Positions 20,801 through 29,700 of a stretch of DNA of 64,000 nt are shown piece after piece. Below the pieces are notes generated by a model that did not search any database, was not told the origin of the DNA, and saw only the letters and a program-made list of their open reading frames with translations. Both the position numbers and the translations under genes were made by a program. How positions within the stretch are numbered: position 1 is the first letter of the stretch; each line of letters starts with the position of its first letter. Source of the DNA: Polyangiales bacterium (lineage in GTDB: Bacteria; Myxococcota_A; Polyangia; Polyangiales; Ga0077539); contig JBGARZ010000013.1 of assembly GCA_044229975.1 (NCBI GenBank), positions 32,001 to 96,000 on the forward strand, in the 5' to 3' direction.

Positions 20801-23800
20801 TGGCGGGCGAGGCCAACGCGCACCTCACCATCATCAACGCGCCGGACGAGTGTGTGATCGGCGGCGAGTCCCTCGCGCTGGCGAGGGTGGTCGCGAAGCT
20901 TGGCGGCGAGCGCTGCTTCCCGATGGACTACGAGATGGCCGCGCACTGCCCCGAGATCGGCGTGGTGCGCGACGCGTGGTGGTCGCTGCACCACCGCGCG
21001 GTGACGCCCGCAAACGGGCTGCGCTTCTACTCCAACGGGACGGGGCACTCGTTTGCGCCGACGAGCGACGCCGTGGCCGACGCGATCACCGCGCAGGCGG
21101 TGCACACGCTCGACCTGCCGCGCACCATCGTGAAGATGTGGGAGGACGGCGTTCGGGTGTTCATCGAGCACGGTCCGCGTGGGGCGTGCTCGGGGTGGAT
21201 CAAGAAGATCCTCGGGGCGCGCGAGCACATCGCGGTGCCGCTCGACCTGGCCGGGCGCAACGGCGTGCGGCAGGCCGCGCAGGCGCTCGCGGCGCTGATC
21301 GCGGCAGGCGTGGACGTCGATGCGAGTGGGTTTCTCGCGGCGGTGGAGCGAGCGGCGACGCCGACGAAGGTGGCGGGGCGGGCGCTGACGTTCGCGGCGC
21401 ACCCGAAGGCGGTGCGCTTTCCGCCACGCGCGGAGGGTGAGCGGATGGAGCCCGCGCCCGCGCTGCCGTCGATGCTGGCGGATCTGTTGGCGAGGCCGCC
21501 GCGCCCGGTGACGGATGCCGAGGTGGTCGAAGCGACGGAGATGGTCGCGGCGGTGGCGAAGCCCGCGGCGGTGACGGTGAGCGCGCCGACGATGGTGGCG
21601 CCGAAGGGGCGAGCGTCGGTGGAGGCGCTGGCGCATCTGGCGGCGTTCCAGGGGCAGCTCGCGACGATGCACCGGGCGATGATCGAGGAGCAGGCGGCGC
21701 AGCACGAGCGCTTCCTCGACTTCCGCCAGCGCTCCGAGGCGCAGTTGTTGGCGATGATGGGCTCCCCTCCGGGAGCACCCACTCACGCCCCGGCCTCCGT
21801 CCTTACCCGAAGGGACGAGCCCGCCCACGTCCCGGAACGCGCCGAGACGGCCACGCGGTCGCTCCCCTCCGCTCCGCTCCGGGTAAGGCCGGTTATCGCG
21901 GACGTGCTCGAACCGACGCCCGCCGTCGCGTCGACGCCCGTCGCCCTCCCCGGCCCGAAGTTCGACCGCGCCCAGCTCGAAGTCCTCGCGGGCGGCAAGA
22001 TCTCCTCCGTCTTCGGCCCTCTCTTCGAGGCGCAGGACGGCTTCCATCGGCAGGTGCGGATGCCCATGCCGCCGCTGCTCTTCGCCGATCGCGTGACGGG
22101 CATCGACGCCGTCGCGGGCTCCATGAAGCTCGGAACCATCTGGACCGAGACCGACGTCCGCGCCGACGCGTGGTACCTCGGCCCCGACGGTCGCATGCCC
22201 GGCGGCGTGATGATCGAGAGCGGCCAGGCCGACCTGCTCCTCATCTCGTGGCTCGGCGTCGACCTGCTCAACCAGAGCGAACGCGTCTACCGCCTCCTCG
22301 GCTGCGAGCTCACCTATCACGGCGAGCTCCCGCGCGCGGGCGACACCCTCGTCTACGACATCCACATCGACGGCCACGCCAACCAGGGGCCCATCCGCCT
22401 CTTCTTCTTCCACTACGACTGCCGCGTGAACGGCGAGCTCCGCCTCTCCGTCCGCCACGGCCAGGCCGGCTTCTTCACCGACGCCGAGCTCGCCGACTCG
22501 GGCGGCATCCTCTGGAGTCCCGACGACAGCGCGCCCGCCGCCGACGCCCGCCTCGACGCGCCGCCGCGCCTCACCGAGCGCCGCCGCTTCTCCCACGAGC
22601 AGCTCGTCGCGTTCTCCGAGGGCCGCACCCACGAGTGCTTCGGCCCCGGCTTCGAGGCCACCCTCGCCCACGTCGCGACGCCGCGCATCGCGCCCGGCCG
22701 CCTGCTCTTCCCGCAGGAGGTCGTCGCCTTCGACCCCACGGGCGGCCCGTGGCAGCGCGGCTACCTCCGCGCCGAGCAGGCCATCCACGCCGACGACTGG
22801 TACTTCGAAGGCCACTTCAAGAACGACCCCTGCATGCCGGGGACGCTCATGTTCGAGGGCTGCCTCGCGACCATGGCGTTTCACCTCGCGGCGCTCGGCT
22901 TCACCATCGACCGCGACGGCTGGCGCTTCGAGCCGGTGACCGAGCTCAAGTACCTCATGCGCTGCCGCGGTCAGGTCACGCGCACGTCGCGCAAGCTCAC
23001 CTACGAGGTGTTCGTGAGCGAGGTGCACGACGGCCCGCTGCCGACGCTCTACGCCGACCTGCTCTGCACCGTCGACGGCCTCAAGGCCTTCCACGCGCGC
23101 CGCGTCGGGATGCGACTCATTCCGGCGTGGCCGCTCGACCACTGGGAGTCGCTCTCCACGCACCGCGAGCAGGAGACCGGTGAGCCCGTCGCGCTCGCGT
23201 CTCTCGGCGGGCTCGCGGGACACGTCGACACGGGCCGTGTTGCCTCCGTCGACGGCTTCTCCTTCGGCTACGCGTCGCTCATCGCGTGCGCGTGGGGCCG
23301 TCCGTCGCGCGCGTTTGGCCCCTTCTACGAGCGCTTCGACTCGACCCGCCGCGTCGCGCGCCTGCCCGGTCCGCCGTACCACTTCATGTCGCGCATCACC
23401 GACCTCGACGCCCCGATGGGTGCGCTCGTCGCCGGTGGCAGCATCGCGTGCGAGTACGACGTTCCTGCGTCGGTCTGGTACTTCGCTGAAAACGGCGCTC
23501 CCGTGATGCCGCTCGCGGTGCTGATGGAGGCGGCGCTGCAACCGTGCGGATGGTTCGCGAGCTACATCGGCAGCGCGCTCACCACCGACGTCGACCTGCT
23601 CTTCCGCAACCTCGACGGCACCGGAACCATGCACCGCGACCTCACCCCCGGGTCGGGTCCGCTGCGGACGAAGGTGAAGCTGAAGTCCGTCTCGCGGACG
23701 GCGGGCATGATCATCGTGTCCTTCCTCGTCTCGTGCTCGCAGAACGGCGACGCCGTCTACGACATGGACACCGTCTTCGGCTTCTTCCCGAAAGAAGCCT

Positions 23801-26439
23801 TCGAGAATCAAGCCGGCCTGCCCACCACCGACGAAGAGCGCGCCCGCCTCGCGTCGCCGAACACCCTCGACGTCGACCTCACCACGCGTCCTGCGCGCTA
23901 CTGCGGAAGCGCTCCGCGGCTGGCGGGCCCGATGTTGTTGATGCTCGACCGGGTGACGGCCTTCGACCCGACGGGCGGCAAGAAGGGCCTCGGTTGGTTG
24001 CGCGCCGAGAAGGACGTCGACGCGGCGGAGTGGTTCTTCAAGGCGCACTTCTTCCAGGACCCGGTGCAGCCCGGATCGCTCGGCATCGAGGCGCTCGCGC
24101 AGCTCATCCAGTTCTTCATGCTGGAGACGGGCATGGCGGCCGACGTCGTTCATCCGCGCTTCGAGGCGCTGATGACGGGCCGACCGCTCGCGTGGAAGTA
24201 CCGCGGCCAGGTCGTCCCCAAGAACAAGCTCATCCAGAGCGACATCGAGATCGTCGAAGTGGGACGCGACGCGCTCGGCCCGTACGCGGTCGCCGACTGC
24301 TCACTGTGGGTCGACGGCAAGCGCATCTATCAAGCGCGCAACTTCGGCATGCGCATCGTCGCGGGTGATCCGCCGCCGAGCCGCGAAGAGACGCTCGACC
24401 CCGCGCGCGACACCTGGCTCAACGACCATCGCCCGACGTGGACCGTCCCCGCGCTGCCGATGATGTCCATGGTCGATCGGCTCGCCTCCGTCGACACCCA
24501 GCCCGCGACGGTCATCCGCGACGTTCGCGCGCTGCGCTGGCTCGCCTTCGCGGGTGGTCCGCAGAGGCTGCGCGTCGAGCACACCGGCGATGCCACGCGT
24601 CTGCTCGCGTGGCGTGACGCCGCCAACCCAGCGCTCTCCCGCTTCGAGCCCGTCGCGGAAGGCATCGTCTCCCACGAGCCCGTCGGCGCCGCGCCCGTCG
24701 CCTGGGCGCCGCTCGCCGATGCCGTCGATGAGGGCGATCCCTACGAGTCCGGTCGCCTCTTCCACGGTCCGTCGTTCCGGTGTGTCACCTCGTGGCGCCT
24801 CGGTCCCACGGGCGCCTCTGCCGTCGTCGACGCGGCCCGCTGCACCGTCCCGCGCGGAACGCTCCACCAGGGTCTCCTCGACGCGATGACCCACGCCATC
24901 CCGCACGACTCGCTCTGGCGCTGGTCGTCGGAGATCCCGCGCGACGTCGCGGCGTACCCGCACCGCGTCGCCGAGCTGCGCCTCTTCGCCCCGCTGCCCG
25001 ACGTCGGAACCCTCCGTATCGAAGCCCGCTTCGACGGCTTCGATGGTGACCCGCGCTTCCCCGTGACCGACGTTCAGCTCATCGCGGGCGATCGTGTTCT
25101 CGCGACGATGCGCCTCGTCGAAGTGCTGCTCCCCAAAGGGTCGCTCGGCGTCACCGAGCCGCTCGCCCGCCGCGCCTTCCTCGAAGGCCATGCGATGCCC
25201 GGCGTCTCCATGTCGCGCGTCGACGGCGCCGTCACCACGCTCGACGACGCCGAGCTGCGCACCCTCGACTGGCTGCCCAACACGGTCGCGCGCATCTATC
25301 ACCTCGACCGCCCCGCCGACGCCACCGCCGACGTCGCGGTGAAGGAGCACGTCGCCCGCGCGGCCTTCGTCCACCCCGCCACGGTGCGCGTCGCCTACGA
25401 CGGTGGCTTCGCCGCGGTGCGCCCGTTTCGCAAGCACCCGGTGACGGTCACCCGCGACGGATCGCGCGTCGCCGTGCGCGACGCCGCGCCGCCCATCAAT
25501 GACTTCAGCGCCCCCAAGCGCTTCTGGCGCGAGCGCCTCAACACCAACGGCTGGCTCGCGGAGGACATCTTCTTCGGGCTCATCGACCGCTTCGTCGGCG
25601 ACGTGGTCATCACCGACCCGGCGGGCTTCGCGACGCTGCGCGGACGACCGTGCCTCTTCCTGGCCAACCACCAGATCGGCATCGAGTCGCTGCTCTTCTC
25701 GCTGCTCATCACCTCGCTCACGGACACCACGCTCGTCACGGTGGCCAAGGCCGAGCACCGCACCACCTGGATCGGTCGGCTCATCGCGAGCTCGTTCTCG
25801 CGGCCAGGGCTCGTCGACCCGGGGGTCATCACCTTCTTCGACCGCGACGACCCGTCGTCGCTCCAGACCATCGCGCGCACGCTCGGCGAAGACCTGCTCG
25901 CGGGCCGCCGCAACGCGCTCATCCACGTCGAGGGCACGCGCTCGCTCGCCGCCCGCCACGAGGTGCTGAAGATCGGCTCGACCTTCCTCGACCTCGCCGT
26001 CGCCACCGGAACGCTCATCGTCCCGGTTCGCTTCGCGGGCGCGCTGCCGGTGGAGCCGCTCACCGCGCGCACCGACTTCCCCGTCGGGTTTGGCCGCCAG
26101 GACTACTGGGTCGGCCCGGCCATTCCGCCGGAGGTCATCGCGGCCATTCCCTTGAAGGAACGTCGTGACTTCGTGCGCGCGGCCATCAACCAGCTCGGTC
26201 CGCCGCTGGCCGAGGAGGTTCCGCACGCGCCCGACCCCGCGCTCGAAGCGTCCATCGAGTCGCTGCGCCTCGCGACGGGAGCGCCCCTCGCCGCCGCCGT
26301 GTTGCGCCGCCTGCTGGAGCAGGTCGGCGATATCTCGGACGAGGCGCGCGTCGTGCTCGCGGGCGGTCCGTTCGCCGACACTCCCGACGGCAGGTGGCTC
26401 GCGCACTTCGCGCAGCTCGTCGCACCGGAGAAGCTGTGA
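17854..26439 (+). CDS. pfaC: PUFA synthase KS-CLF-AT-FabA-like DHs-PKS-like DH-acylglycerolphosphate acyltransferase (PfaB/C fusion, myxobacterial Pfa3)
   Basis: KS: DAACASS, ECHATGT. CLF lacks the Cys (SAEEGS). AT: GYSSG. FabA DHs: FEGHFKNDPCMPG and FKAHFFQDPVQPG. PKS-type DH: DHRPTWTVPALP. C-terminal LANHQIGIE ... IHVEGTRS acyltransferase. Confidence 0.93.
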   Translation: MPFEPIAVVGRSCVLPGALDPTALWNNVRAGRDLVAPAPEGRWSLPRNDAMGTTASHADRTWTDAGGYVTGFDAVFDPTGFRVAADEVRALDAVFRWTLHGVREALRSAKREGTATTGLVMGNLSFPSASMAAYAEHLWLVDQGLATGAGPHPRNRFTSGMPALYAAKALGLGAGALALDAACASSLYAIKLACDRLQAREVDTMVAGAVSAADDLFIHIGFCALSAMSRTGRSRPFDKAADGLVPAEGAAFVVLRRLSDAVRDGDTILGVIRGVGLSNDGRGRGLLAPSEEGQVRAMRAAWASAGLAPSDVGLVECHATGTPVGDAVEVHSMAEVFAGARDVPIGSLKSNLGHLITAAGAAGLLKVIAAMEAGERPPTLHADDAIDALAGTPFRLLREPERWMGPKRATVSAFGFGGNNAHLIVEAFDGASPAIATRTTKPAAVAIVGIGARVGSGDGRGDFVRTLMSGRVDDQARESVVVDAEGLRFPPKDLEKTHAQQLMVLEAAREAAAVGGLDRETTAVIVGMGTDPAVARHGARWRLGARTAGAEGVDATWIAQAKDALAPTLEAAGVVGTMPNMPANRVCSQLDLGGMGFTVSAEEGSGLAALRIAAHALRAGEIDAALVGAVDLSHDLVHAAALHALGVDRPSGDAAVVLTLRRLDDARADGQPVLAVLDEGDGEAVETVGLFGHAHAATSLVDVAAAALAVGHGFRFGAGTAGRAWLGERKARVETTVLDGANASVTLRGDGAVPLFTAGALVLRVYSGGDRAAVAQALAAGRESSAGPARLVLVGTSEEMPARVEAAQRALAGGGAMPEGAAFGERAVGGDVASVFTGAAAGYVGMGRDLTLAFPALVEKLGRRSSGVIAATRWAFDGGDKHPLDQLWGTTYLCQLHALLVSDVFGLKPRATLGYSSGETNALFAAHLWNDFDAMMSASREAPLFKDDLCGEFRACRTLWGLPDGRWQAYSVVAPVERVREALAGEANAHLTIINAPDECVIGGESLALARVVAKLGGERCFPMDYEMAAHCPEIGVVRDAWWSLHHRAVTPANGLRFYSNGTGHSFAPTSDAVADAITAQAVHTLDLPRTIVKMWEDGVRVFIEHGPRGACSGWIKKILGAREHIAVPLDLAGRNGVRQAAQALAALIAAGVDVDASGFLAAVERAATPTKVAGRALTFAAHPKAVRFPPRAEGERMEPAPALPSMLADLLARPPRPVTDAEVVEATEMVAAVAKPAAVTVSAPTMVAPKGRASVEALAHLAAFQGQLATMHRAMIEEQAAQHERFLDFRQRSEAQLLAMMGSPPGAPTHAPASVLTRRDEPAHVPERAETATRSLPSAPLRVRPVIADVLEPTPAVASTPVALPGPKFDRAQLEVLAGGKISSVFGPLFEAQDGFHRQVRMPMPPLLFADRVTGIDAVAGSMKLGTIWTETDVRADAWYLGPDGRMPGGVMIESGQADLLLISWLGVDLLNQSERVYRLLGCELTYHGELPRAGDTLVYDIHIDGHANQGPIRLFFFHYDCRVNGELRLSVRHGQAGFFTDAELADSGGILWSPDDSAPAADARLDAPPRLTERRRFSHEQLVAFSEGRTHECFGPGFEATLAHVATPRIAPGRLLFPQEVVAFDPTGGPWQRGYLRAEQAIHADDWYFEGHFKNDPCMPGTLMFEGCLATMAFHLAALGFTIDRDGWRFEPVTELKYLMRCRGQVTRTSRKLTYEVFVSEVHDGPLPTLYADLLCTVDGLKAFHARRVGMRLIPAWPLDHWESLSTHREQETGEPVALASLGGLAGHVDTGRVASVDGFSFGYASLIACAWGRPSRAFGPFYERFDSTRRVARLPGPPYHFMSRITDLDAPMGALVAGGSIACEYDVPASVWYFAENGAPVMPLAVLMEAALQPCGWFASYIGSALTTDVDLLFRNLDGTGTMHRDLTPGSGPLRTKVKLKSVSRTAGMIIVSFLVSCSQNGDAVYDMDTVFGFFPKEAFENQAGLPTTDEERARLASPNTLDVDLTTRPARYCGSAPRLAGPMLLMLDRVTAFDPTGGKKGLGWLRAEKDVDAAEWFFKAHFFQDPVQPGSLGIEALAQLIQFFMLETGMAADVVHPRFEALMTGRPLAWKYRGQVVPKNKLIQSDIEIVEVGRDALGPYAVADCSLWVDGKRIYQARNFGMRIVAGDPPPSREETLDPARDTWLNDHRPTWTVPALPMMSMVDRLASVDTQPATVIRDVRALRWLAFAGGPQRLRVEHTGDATRLLAWRDAANPALSRFEPVAEGIVSHEPVGAAPVAWAPLADAVDEGDPYESGRLFHGPSFRCVTSWRLGPTGASAVVDAARCTVPRGTLHQGLLDAMTHAIPHDSLWRWSSEIPRDVAAYPHRVAELRLFAPLPDVGTLRIEARFDGFDGDPRFPVTDVQLIAGDRVLATMRLVEVLLPKGSLGVTEPLARRAFLEGHAMPGVSMSRVDGAVTTLDDAELRTLDWLPNTVARIYHLDRPADATADVAVKEHVARAAFVHPATVRVAYDGGFAAVRPFRKHPVTVTRDGSRVAVRDAAPPINDFSAPKRFWRERLNTNGWLAEDIFFGLIDRFVGDVVITDPAGFATLRGRPCLFLANHQIGIESLLFSLLITSLTDTTLVTVAKAEHRTTWIGRLIASSFSRPGLVDPGVITFFDRDDPSSLQTIARTLGEDLLAGRRNALIHVEGTRSLAARHEVLKIGSTFLDLAVATGTLIVPVRFAGALPVEPLTARTDFPVGFGRQDYWVGPAIPPEVIAAIPLKERRDFVRAAINQLGPPLAEEVPHAPDPALEASIESLRLATGAPLAAAVLRRLLEQVGDISDEARVVLAGGPFADTPDGRWLAHFAQLVAPEKL
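21773..21909. repeat. Degenerate palindrome inside the pfa3 AT-DH linker
   Basis: GAGCAC...CCTTACCCG (21801-21809) pairs with CGGGTAAGG (21880-21888)...GTGCTC. Codon usage is locally atypical. Confidence 0.45.
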
Positions 26440-26448
26440 ACCACCGTT

Positions 26449-26705
26449 CGCCGTGCGCCGGGGTTCACCGTGCAGGCTCCGGATCCATCGCGCGCGGTTC
26501 ACCCCGGGCAATGGTAGGGGGTCACCCCATCGCTCCGCGACGGGGTTACAGGAGGGATCCTTCCCGGCTCCTGATGCCCCCCACTTCCAACGATCGCACT
26601 TGCTGCAGCCCCGTCGCGAAGCGATGGGGTGACCCCCTACCATTGCCCGGCGTGAACCGCGCGCGATGGACCCGGAGCCTGCACGGTGAACCCCGGCGCA
26701 CGGCG
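26449..26705. repeat. Long inverted repeat (103-bp arms, 51-bp loop), REPIN/MITE-like
   Basis: 26449-26551 is the reverse complement of 26603-26705 with 5 mismatches. The arms contain GTAG followed by GGGGTCACCCC. Confidence 0.92.
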
Positions 26706-26716
26706 CAAGGACAACC

Positions 26717-29700
26717 ATGACCCACCGCCCATTCCGTCGCGTCGGCGTCGTCAACCGCGCCGAGGCCGCCACCCGCTTTCTCCGCGGCGCCCGCGCCTGG
26801 TCGCTGCTCCACGACCTCCCCCTCGAAGTCGTCGCCTTCTACACCGACCCCGACGCGGGCGCTCCGTTCGTGCGTGACGCCGACGCCGAGGTCGCCCTCG
26901 GTCCCGCCATGGTCGCCGCGCCCGATGGGCGACGCCGATCGGCCTACCTCGACATCCCCACCATCGTCGCGCGCCTCGTCGAGAGCGGCTGCGACGCCGT
27001 CTGGCCCGGCTGGGGCTTCCTCAGCGAAAACCCCGCCTTCGTCGACGCCGTCACCGCCGCAGGCATCGTCTTCATCGGACCGCCCGCCGAAGCCATGCGC
27101 CGCCTCGGCGACAAGATCGCCGCCAAGCGCCTCGCCGAAGCCAACGGCGTCCCCGTCACCCCGTGGAGCCACGGCCCCGTCGCGGACGCCGCCGAAGCGA
27201 AGCGCCACGCCGAGCGCATCGGCTACCCCGTTCTCGTCAAAGCCGTCGCAGGCGGCGGCGGGCGTGGCATCCGCGTCGTCACTGATCCCACGCAGCTCGA
27301 AGCGGCCTTCCGCAGCGCCTCCGACGAAGCCCGCGCTGCTTTCGGTGATGCGTCATTGCTCGTCGAGGCGCTGCTCCCCGAGGCGCGCCACGTCGAGGTG
27401 CAGGTGCTCGCCGACGCCCACGGCAACGTGCACGCCGTCGGAACGCGCGACTGCTCCATGCAGCGCCGCCACCAGAAGGTCATCGAGGAAGGCCCCGCGC
27501 CGTTGCTCCCCGCCGCCACGCTCGACGGCGTGTGCCGCAGCGCCGTCGCGGTCGCCCGCGCGAGCGGGTACGTCAACGCAGGCACGGCGGAGTTTCTCGT
27601 CACGCCCGACGGCGAGCGCTTCGTCTTCCTCGAAATGAACACCCGCCTCCAGGTGGAGCACCCCGTCACCGAGTGCACCACCGGCCTCGACCTCGTCGGC
27701 GCGCAGATCGACGTCGCCATGGGCGCCCGCATCGAGAGCACTCCCCCGACGCGCGGGCACGCCATCGAGGTGCGCCTCAACGCCGAAGACCCGGAGCACA
27801 ACTTCGCGCCCAGCGCCGGTCGCCTGCACCGCTTCGATCTCCCGCACGGGCCGGGCGTCCGCGTCGACTCCGGCTTCGAGGCGGGCGGGACCGTTCCCAC
27901 CGAGTTCGACTCCATGCTCGCGAAGCTCATCGTCACGGGCGCCACCCGCGACGAGGCCCTCGCGCGCCTCGCCGACGCCCTCACGCGCACCACCATCGCC
28001 ATCGAGGGCGGAGCGTCCAACCGCGCGCTGCTGCTCGACCTCGTGCGCTCGCCCGAGTTCCGCCGCGGCCCGGTCACCACCCGATGGCTCGACCGCTGGG
28101 TCAACGAGCGGCCCTCTGGGCTCGACCGCGCGGGCGCCGCCGTCGCCCTCGTCGCGGGCGCCATCATCGAGTGCGAGCACGTCCGCCGACGCCACGTCGT
28201 CAACTTCCTCCGGCAGGCGCGCGGCAGCGGCGTCCCCACCAGCGCGCCCGTCTCCGAGCCCCGCGGCGTGCGCTTCACCGTCGACGGAACCAGCGTCGCC
28301 CTGGAGGTCGCCACCATCGGCCCGCGCCGCTTCCGCGTGAGCGACGGCAGCGGCGCCGTCGAGGCCCGCTTCGAGTTCACCGACCGCTCCACCGGGACGC
28401 TCACCGTCGCTGGACGGCGTCATCGTGTGGTGGTCGTTCGTAGCGCGCGCGAGCTCTCCATCGAGGTCGACGGCGTGGCGCACAGCCTCCGCCGCGCTTC
28501 GGACGGCCGCGTCGTCGCGCCGCTCCCTGCCGTGGTCGCTGGGGTCGACGTGAAGGCCGGAGAGTCCGTCACGGCCGGCCAGCGTCTCGCGACGCTGGAG
28601 GTGATGAAGATGGAGTTCGCGGTGGAGTCGCCCGTCGACGGCGTGGTGACCCGCGTGCTCGTGGATCAGGGCGTTCACGTCAGCGCGGGGGATGCCATCG
28701 CCTTCGTGGTGGCTGCGCGCGACAGCATGTCCATCGCCGCACCCGACGTGCTCAAGCCCGTCGCCGGTCGCCGGCCCGCCGACGACTGGGGCGACCCCGT
28801 CGCCGTCCTGCGCGGAACCCTCCTCGGCTACGAGCTCCCCGCCCCGGCCGTCACCGCCGCGCTCGCTGCGCTGCGCGACCACGGCGCGACCTTCCCCCTC
28901 GCCCGCCTGCTCGACCTGCTGGAGGTCCACGTCGCGCGCGAGGCCCTCTTCGACCGCGCCCTCCTCGCCGACGGAACGGCCGCCGTCGACGCCTTCGCCG
29001 AGTACCTCCGCCTGCCCGTGAGGGACGGTCTCGTCGAGGGCTTCGAGCCGCTGCTGGTGCGTGCGCTCGCCTGCTACGAGGTCCGCTCGCTCGCTGTCAC
29101 GCCCATCCTGGAGAGCGCGCTCCTGCGCATCGCTCAAGCGCGCCGCGCCCGTGACGACCACGGCGTCATCCTCCTCGCCGCTCTCTCGGCGCTCGACCGC
29201 CTCGCCGACGCGGGCGCCACCGACGACACCGCGCGCGCCCTCTTCGAGCGCCTCTCGACGCTCGAAGCCGCCCGCAACCCGCGCCTCGCCGACGCCGCGT
29301 GGACAGCAGCCTACCTGCTCTGCGACCGCGTCGACCACGTCGACCCGACGCCGCTCGCGCCCGGCCCCGAGCTCCACGAGGAGCTGGGCCGACTGTCACT
29401 CTTCGACCTCACATGGATTCCGTCCGCGACCGGCGCCCGCGTCGCCCTCGCCCGCGCGCACTCCGACCCCGGTGACGCGCGGCTGATCGGGTTCGTCCAG
29501 CTCCAGCGCTTGCCCGCGCCGGGTGAAGACCTCGACCGCTGCTACCTGGAGACGGTTCATACGCTGCGACGGACGGTGAGCGCGCCGGAGCAGCTCGGCG
29601 TGAAGCTGGGCGGCGCACGACTGCTGGTGGCCTTCAACGATCCGCTGCCGACCGACCGCGGGCCCTTCGAAGAGGCCGCCCGCGCGCTGGCCGCACCCGC

